DNA of 64,000 bases from a virus (lineage: Duplodnaviria > Caudoviricetes): positions 1 to 64,000 of the IMG/VR virus record IMGVR_UViG_3300024331_000061, one strand, 5' to 3'. Of the stretch, positions 59,667 through 64,000 are shown piece after piece (positions within the stretch are counted from its first letter, which is position 1; every line of letters starts with the position of its first letter). Below the pieces are notes generated by a model, which saw only the letters and a list, made by a program, of their open reading frames with translations, did no database searches and was not told the origin of the DNA. Position numbers and translations under genes: made by a program.

Positions 59667-60274
59667 CAGTTGCTGATGCCGTAGATGACCGCCAGCCCGA
59701 ACAGGCAGGCGGCCAGAGTCTGGGCGATCTCGGTCGGGATGGCCAGCATGATCAGGCCCATGGTGACGAACACCCCGACAGCCCGGCGGTCGCTGCGCCG
59801 CCGCTGGATGGGTGACCTGGCTGGCCTGGCTGGCTCCCTGAGCGCCGCCCTGACCGCCTGCCTGGTCTGCTCGGGCGTCTTCGGGACGGGCAGCGGCGGG
59901 AGCGTGCGCAGCTCATCGCAGTAGACGCACAGCGGCTGCACGTCCGGCCCGATCACCAGCGTCTGCGTCCCGCAGCGGTCGCAGGTGCCATCGCGCCACT
60001 GGCGCTTGGCCGTGGCCAGTGCACCATCTGGTGCACCAGCCTCTTCCAGGATGACCCTGGCTACCGTGCCGTCAGCTATCGCGCGCCGGATCTTGCGCAG
60101 CTCGGCCTCGTCCGGGGGACGCCCGTAGCTGCGGTCCCGGTGCGTCCGGCTCGGGCTGTCCGGGCAGTAGCCGTAGTTGCCGTGGCCGTCCGCCTCACGC
60201 AGCATGTTGCCGAGGGAGCCCGGCTGAAGCTCGCCGCCGCAGTAGTAGCAGCGCCTCAGGGAAGCCTTCGCCAT
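59663..60274 (-). CDS. Hypothetical protein with CxxC motifs and C-terminal TM segments
   Basis: CYYC, CDRC, CVYC; GTGA coupling. Confidence 0.65.
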   Translation of the reverse strand: MAKASLRRCYYCGGELQPGSLGNMLREADGHGNYGYCPDSPSRTHRDRSYGRPPDEAELRKIRRAIADGTVARVILEEAGAPDGALATAKRQWRDGTCDRCGTQTLVIGPDVQPLCVYCDELRTLPPLPVPKTPEQTRQAVRAALREPARPARSPIQRRRSDRRAVGVFVTMGLIMLAIPTEIAQTLAACLFGLAVIYGISNW

Positions 60275-60528
60275 TGCAGGTCCTCCCCCAGCTCGAACGC
60301 CAGCCCCGGCTCGTCCGTGGCCCGGATGACCGTCCCGGCTGGCTCCCCCGTGCTGATCGCCATGGCGTCAATGATCCCGCTCTTGCGGACGTTCAGCACG
60401 TTGCGCTGCTGCGTTTCGTCAAGCTCGGCGGTGAGCCGGGCCACCTCGGCGCGCAGCTCGCCGTTCTCAGCCCGCAAGCGGTCATAATCCGCCAGCTTGC
60501 GGGCGTCCTCTGGCCAGTTGACCATCAC
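60256..60528 (-). CDS. Hypothetical coiled-coil protein
   Basis: 90 aa. Confidence 0.6.
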   Translation of the reverse strand: MMVNWPEDARKLADYDRLRAENGELRAEVARLTAELDETQQRNVLNVRKSGIIDAMAISTGEPAGTVIRATDEPGLAFELGEDLQWRRLP

Positions 60529-61130
60529 ATGCCCTTCGGCCCCAGCTTGTCGAGGTCGATCTCGCCGCCGTCCTCGGGCTCAGGCCGGGCATGCCGGGGG
60601 TGGCCCTCTTCGTGCTGGGCGATCTGGTCGGCCATGTGGGCCATCATCGTGAGCAGCTGGTCCGATGCCTCCAGGCGCTCCTGGGTGACGTTCTCGCCCG
60701 CCTTGACATCGGGGCGGGTCTCGTCCAGCCAGGCCCGGAAGGCGTCAGCGGCCTCGGGCACGGTGTGCAGGTGCTCGATGGCGAAGCTGGCCAGCGCCAG
60801 CGCTCCCGCGCTCTGCGCCGCGCCCTCATCGATCTGCGGGACGGGGATCACCATGGTCTGGTGCGGTCCCCGCATCGCCTCGGCCACGCGCTCCAGCACG
60901 CTGGCCGCGTGGCCCTTGCCCGCCATGGCGCGCTTGGCCATCGTCATGACAGCCAGGTCAGTCAGGCTCAGCGAGTGCTCGCTGATGTTCTGCTCGGGCA
61001 GCGGTGCCCCGTTCTCCTTGGCGTAGACGCGGACCCGCTCGATCAGCTCAGGGTCGCTCTGGATGAGGCTGATGCACATGGAGGCCACGACCAGGGCCGA
61101 TGCCTCGGCCCTGTCGATGCGGGTGGTCAT
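60525..61130 (-). CDS. Hypothetical protein
   Basis: 201 aa helical, ATGA coupling. Confidence 0.7.
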   Translation of the reverse strand: MTTRIDRAEASALVVASMCISLIQSDPELIERVRVYAKENGAPLPEQNISEHSLSLTDLAVMTMAKRAMAGKGHAASVLERVAEAMRGPHQTMVIPVPQIDEGAAQSAGALALASFAIEHLHTVPEAADAFRAWLDETRPDVKAGENVTQERLEASDQLLTMMAHMADQIAQHEEGHPRHARPEPEDGGEIDLDKLGPKGM

Positions 61131-61477
61131 GATGCGTGCTCCTTCTCGGTGTCAACAGCCTCGCGCAGCCGCTTCACGGCTGCTCGCTCGTAGGGGGTGA
61201 GGGTGACCTGGTTCTCGACGCGGGGCAGGATCAGGTCGATGTCGGAGACCGCCTTGCCGGTGAGGCCGGTGCGGCCCTCCAGCCAGGCCGCCGGGAGGCG
61301 GCCCTGGTGGCTCATGTGGTAGTCGAGCGCGGCAGCCGAGCTGGTCGCGCGCTCGGCTGCCTCGGTCTCGGCGCTGATGGTGCTGGCGGACTCCCAGTCG
61401 TGGATGCCCTGCCGCTGGCCCTCCAGCATGTCCTCGGGCTCGGTCTGCTCGTGACGGCCCTGGTACGGCTCAGGCAT
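61127..61477 (-). CDS. Hypothetical protein
   Basis: 116 aa acidic. Confidence 0.65.
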   Translation of the reverse strand: MPEPYQGRHEQTEPEDMLEGQRQGIHDWESASTISAETEAAERATSSAAALDYHMSHQGRLPAAWLEGRTGLTGKAVSDIDLILPRVENQVTLTPYERAAVKRLREAVDTEKEHAS

Positions 61478-61958
61478 CGCGCGCCGCCTTGTCCCGCTCG
61501 GCCTCGGCCGCCTTCTTCAGGCTGTCCAGCTTCAGCGGGCGCAGGTACAGGTTCAGGTCGGCCTGGGCCTTGTTGCGGGCCTTGGTGAGCCGTTCCACCT
61601 CGGCGGCCTCGGCGTCGGTCAGGCGGCGGGTCACGTCGCCGTGACTGGACCAGCTGGCCAGCTGCTCGGTGTCGCCGCTGTCCCACTTGACCAGGATGTT
61701 GCCGCTGGTCGCGTGGAAGCCGGTCACCTTGCCGTGCTGCACCCGGCCGTCGGCCTGGAGCCGGGTGAACGGGAACTCGAACTTCGTCTTGATCTTGCGT
61801 GCCTTGCGCTCCAGCTCAGCGAAGCTCGTCGCGTCCAGCCGGATGCTCCCGTGACCCGCGCCGGGCGTCTCGATCGTGACGTAGAACTTCCCGGTCTCGT
61901 CGCTGATATCGACCGGGAGGTCCTTCCCGGCCACGCTGATGGTGAGTGCGGTCCTCAT
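61470..61958 (-). CDS. Hypothetical protein, tandem paralog of 61955-62434
   Basis: Start MRTAL at 61958; FPFT...GKVTGFHATSGN-x-LVKWDSGDTEQ. Confidence 0.75.
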   Translation of the reverse strand: MRTALTISVAGKDLPVDISDETGKFYVTIETPGAGHGSIRLDATSFAELERKARKIKTKFEFPFTRLQADGRVQHGKVTGFHATSGNILVKWDSGDTEQLASWSSHGDVTRRLTDAEAAEVERLTKARNKAQADLNLYLRPLKLDSLKKAAEAERDKAARDA

Positions 61959-62434
61959 GCCGACAGCCCTCCTGCCAGCCGCCTGGCCTCGTCGGCCGCA
62001 TCGCGCACCGACTCGAACTGGCGAGCGCTCACGAAGTCGTTCCACGCCTTCTGGGCGTCACGAACGTCCGCGATGAGCTTGCGCAGCTCGGCCTTGTCCT
62101 CGTCGGACAGGCGCGGCATCGCGTCGTTGATGCTGCTGCTGCTGTAGGTCTGCTCGGTCTTGCCGCTGGCCCAGCGGATGAGCATGTTGCCGTTGGTGGC
62201 GTGGAAGCCCGTGACCATGCCGTCCTGGCCGATCCGGTTGGTGAACGGAAGCTCGAAGCGCACCAGGCGCAGGTCGGCCACCTTCTGCTCCAGCTGGCGG
62301 AAGCTGTCTGCGCTCACGTCGTTCTCTTCGCCCAGGTGCAGCGTGAACGTCGCCTTGTCCCACTCCTTGGGGTGCGTCTCCAGGTGCACCGGGAACGCCT
62401 TGCCGCTGACCGTGATGGTCAGGCCGGTATCCAT
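61955..62434 (-). CDS. Hypothetical protein, tandem paralog of 61470-61958
   Basis: LPFT...GMVTGFHATNGNMLIRWASGKTEQ; AAGGAG RBS. Confidence 0.75.
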   Translation of the reverse strand: MDTGLTITVSGKAFPVHLETHPKEWDKATFTLHLGEENDVSADSFRQLEQKVADLRLVRFELPFTNRIGQDGMVTGFHATNGNMLIRWASGKTEQTYSSSSINDAMPRLSDEDKAELRKLIADVRDAQKAWNDFVSARQFESVRDAADEARRLAGGLSA

Positions 62435-62472
62435 CGTTATCGTCTCCTTGATCGTCGTCCGCGTTTCGCGGG

Positions 62473-62486
62473 GTGTTTACATCCTA
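62473..62486 (-). promoter_or_regulatory. Putative -10 (TAGGAT) fused to GTAAACAC motif, then CCGCG-AAA-CGCGG hairpin
   Basis: Matches the motif at 1229 and 8410; in a divergent intergenic region. Confidence 0.5.
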
Positions 62487-62563
62487 CTACAACCTACTCT
62501 GAAGCCAGCCGATTCCCCAGCTGCTCCAGTCCCCGGCGGCCAGTCTGCCAGGAGGTGCAGCTC

Positions 62564-62755
62564 GTGGGCTACTGCGATACCTGCGGCAGGTTCGCCCTGC
62601 TGCACGAGGTCCTCAAGATATGCAGGCTGTGCCAGCTGAGCTGGCAGCCGCACGACCGCCCGAAGGACCTGGGCATCCGCCGGTTAGGCTGGGCTCATGG
62701 GACAGCCGATCGCGCCGAGCACGCCGGTCCTGATGGTCGCCCTGATGAACCTTAA
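62564..62755 (+). CDS. Small zinc-finger protein
   Basis: GGAGG RBS, GTG start, CDTC...CRLC. Confidence 0.5.
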   Translation: MGYCDTCGRFALLHEVLKICRLCQLSWQPHDRPKDLGIRRLGWAHGTADRAEHAGPDGRPDEP

Positions 62756-62960
62756 CCAGTCCAGCCAGGCTGGTCCGCTGCCCAGGGTGCTGACCGGGCA
62801 CAGCTTCTGGGCCAGCTCGCGCCAGGTGCAGGTCCTCATCGGCGCAGGCCAGGCCCGCCTCTGGACAAACGGCGATCCGCCAGCCCCTCCCGCTGAGCCC
62901 AGGCTGACGGTGAACGGGGTGCCGGGCATGGCCGCCGGGACCACGAACAGCTCACACTGA
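62697..62960 (+). CDS. Hypothetical protein
   Basis: 87 aa with GC3-rich codons. Confidence 0.55.
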   Translation: MGQPIAPSTPVLMVALMNLNQSSQAGPLPRVLTGHSFWASSRQVQVLIGAGQARLWTNGDPPAPPAEPRLTVNGVPGMAAGTTNSSH

Positions 62961-62995
62961 ACCTCGTCTAGATCCCTACTCAGCCGGTCGGGAAC

Positions 62996-63067
62996 TCAGC
63001 GGCGCAGCAGCAGCACCACGACCACGATGATGAGGATCAGGACGATCGCGCCGATTCCGATATACAT
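62996..63067 (-). CDS. 23-aa single-TM micropeptide
   Basis: MYIGIGAIVLILIIVVVVLLLRR, GC3-rich codons. Confidence 0.55.
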   Translation of the reverse strand: MYIGIGAIVLILIIVVVVLLLRR

Positions 63068-63076
63068 GCCGGTGAG

Positions 63077-63265
63077 CTACCCGCCGCGCGCCATGTCATT
63101 CATGACGCGCTGGCGCACCGCCTCGGCGCTGGCCTCCCAGTGGGTGCGGACCTCAGGTGAGCTGCCGAACCAGTCAGGCAGGTGCTCGTCATGGACGCTC
63201 TTGTGCCCCGCGTCCTCGCTGTAGGCGTCGTAGGCCACCTGGCCCAGGCTGCGCAGGTCGGCCAT
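63077..63265 (-). CDS. Small hypothetical phage protein
   Basis: GQVAYDAY...LPDW...WEASAEAV. Confidence 0.7.
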   Translation of the reverse strand: MADLRSLGQVAYDAYSEDAGHKSVHDEHLPDWFGSSPEVRTHWEASAEAVRQRVMNDMARGG

Positions 63266-63266
63266 C

Positions 63267-63602
63267 TCAGCCGCGCCCGAGGGACGGCACGCCCTGCATC
63301 TGGCCCTGGATAGCCGGGGGCAGCGCGGAGAGCTGGGCGGCCAGCACGTGGCCCCAGCAGATCCGCAGCAGGCCCAGCTGCGGCATGATCGAGATGGAGA
63401 CCACCTCCGCGAACTGCGGGTCGGGCAGCTGCGCCAGGTGCACGTCGAGCTTCAGCGGCTCCTGGGTGTTCTCCTTCAGGCCCTGCTCGATCTCGGTCCT
63501 GAAATAGCGGTCGAGGTCGTTGCGGTACAGGCCCACGCAGATCGGGCAGAACTCCTTGCCCTCGGGCGGGACAGGGCCGTTGACCATCAGGATGGCTCGC
63601 AT
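63267..63602 (-). CDS. Hypothetical protein
   Basis: 111 aa, CPIC...CWGH; GAGAGG RBS. Confidence 0.7.
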   Translation of the reverse strand: MRAILMVNGPVPPEGKEFCPICVGLYRNDLDRYFRTEIEQGLKENTQEPLKLDVHLAQLPDPQFAEVVSISIMPQLGLLRICWGHVLAAQLSALPPAIQGQMQGVPSLGRG

Positions 63603-63624
63603 CGTGATCTTGATCCTCTCGTCG

Positions 63625-63801
63625 TTACGCGCCGCGCCGGGGGTCGGCCTGGCGGTCTGGTCTCAGCACGCTACCGGGCTCGTGGGCGCAGTCGCACAAG
63701 CGGCTGGCCAGCTTATCCAGGTCCGTGATGCCGGGGTCGAGCTGCCGGGCCACCTCGGGGCACTCGTGGTGCCGCCGCTCGCGGCACGGCGGGCAGATCA
63801 C
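63625..63801 (-). CDS. 58-aa Cys/His zinc-binding protein
   Basis: VICPPCRERRHHECP...CDCAH; GTGA coupling. Confidence 0.55.
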   Translation of the reverse strand: MICPPCRERRHHECPEVARQLDPGITDLDKLASRLCDCAHEPGSVLRPDRQADPRRGA

Positions 63802-64000
63802 CGCTCGATGCCCTTGCGCTCCAGGTCGCGGATCGCGTCCCGCACCCGTGCTCGCTCCAGCTCGTCACGTTCCTCGCGGTCCTCGCGCTCCCAGCGCTCC
63901 AGGACCCACGTGAGCGCCTCAGCGGGCGTCTGCCGGTCCACGATGAGCAGCTGGTCCATGTTCACGTCCAGGTGCCACAGGACGCCCTTACGGACGTGCT
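63798..64000 (-). CDS. Hypothetical protein, C-terminal part (truncated by window)
   Basis: Open frame HVRKGVLWHLDV...ERKGIER. Confidence 0.5.
   Translation of the reverse strand, partial: HVRKGVLWHLDVNMDQLLIVDRQTPAEALTWVLERWEREDREERDELERARVRDAIRDLERKGIER

Larger units (their letters stand above)
1..64000. mobile_element. Tailed dsDNA phage (siphovirus-like) genome segment, probable actinobacterial host; phage genes run off both ends
   Basis: Full set of terminase, portal, protease, capsid, tail tube, tape measure, lysin and phage replication genes; no host housekeeping genes or integrase seen. Confidence 0.95.

Noticed and set aside
62684-62944. Minus-strand 86-aa ORF
   Set aside because: The overlapping plus-strand ORF 62697-62960 has the GC3-rich codon pattern
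1-64000. Integrase, att site or host flank
   Set aside because: None visible; lifestyle (temperate or lytic) cannot be decided from this window

Overview
The whole 64 kb window is one continuous stretch of a high-GC (roughly 70%, estimated by eye) tailed, siphovirus-like phage or prophage. An actinobacterial host is inferred from the Lsr2-like, Rpf-like and DUF1906-lysin genes and the actinophage-type tail genes. Positions 1-13 kb (+ strand) hold replication/recombination genes (family A DNA polymerase end, RuvC-like resolvase, Lsr2-like protein, SNF2-type helicase, Cas4-like nuclease, AAA_24/Sak4-like ATPase, SSB-like protein, DUF932) and a run of small ORFs, ending at a bidirectional terminator. 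Positions 13-57 kb (- strand) hold the virion and lysis genes: terS, terL, portal, MuF, Mu-like protease/scaffold, major capsid, head-tail genes, tail tube, tail assembly chaperones, tape measure, Dit/Tal, fibres and endolysin. Positions 57-64 kb hold three secreted cell-wall proteins and small ORFs. No integrase, CRISPR array or canonical tRNA is visible. Two things stand out. (1) A cassette with its own promoter sits between terL and portal: a SigA-type promoter, three tandem Y-RNA-like RNAs sharing a Ro-binding stem, a Ro60/TROVE gene and an HTH gene. The first RNA is a complete circularly permuted tRNA mimic with a compensatory C19-G56 elbow pair. (2) About 9 kb of head-region polyproteins (1822 aa, 839 aa, 227 aa) are built from effector-like modules: two PI3/PI4K/HipA-like kinases, a glycosylase-like domain, a HExxH metallopeptidase, basic domains and a membrane anchor. 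Each module is preceded by a conserved (V/I/L)-(E/D/L)-L-(A/T/S/G) linker that also occurs at the protease/scaffold junction, suggesting capsid-packaged, protease-processed cargo. All family assignments come from motif recognition; no database searches were run.
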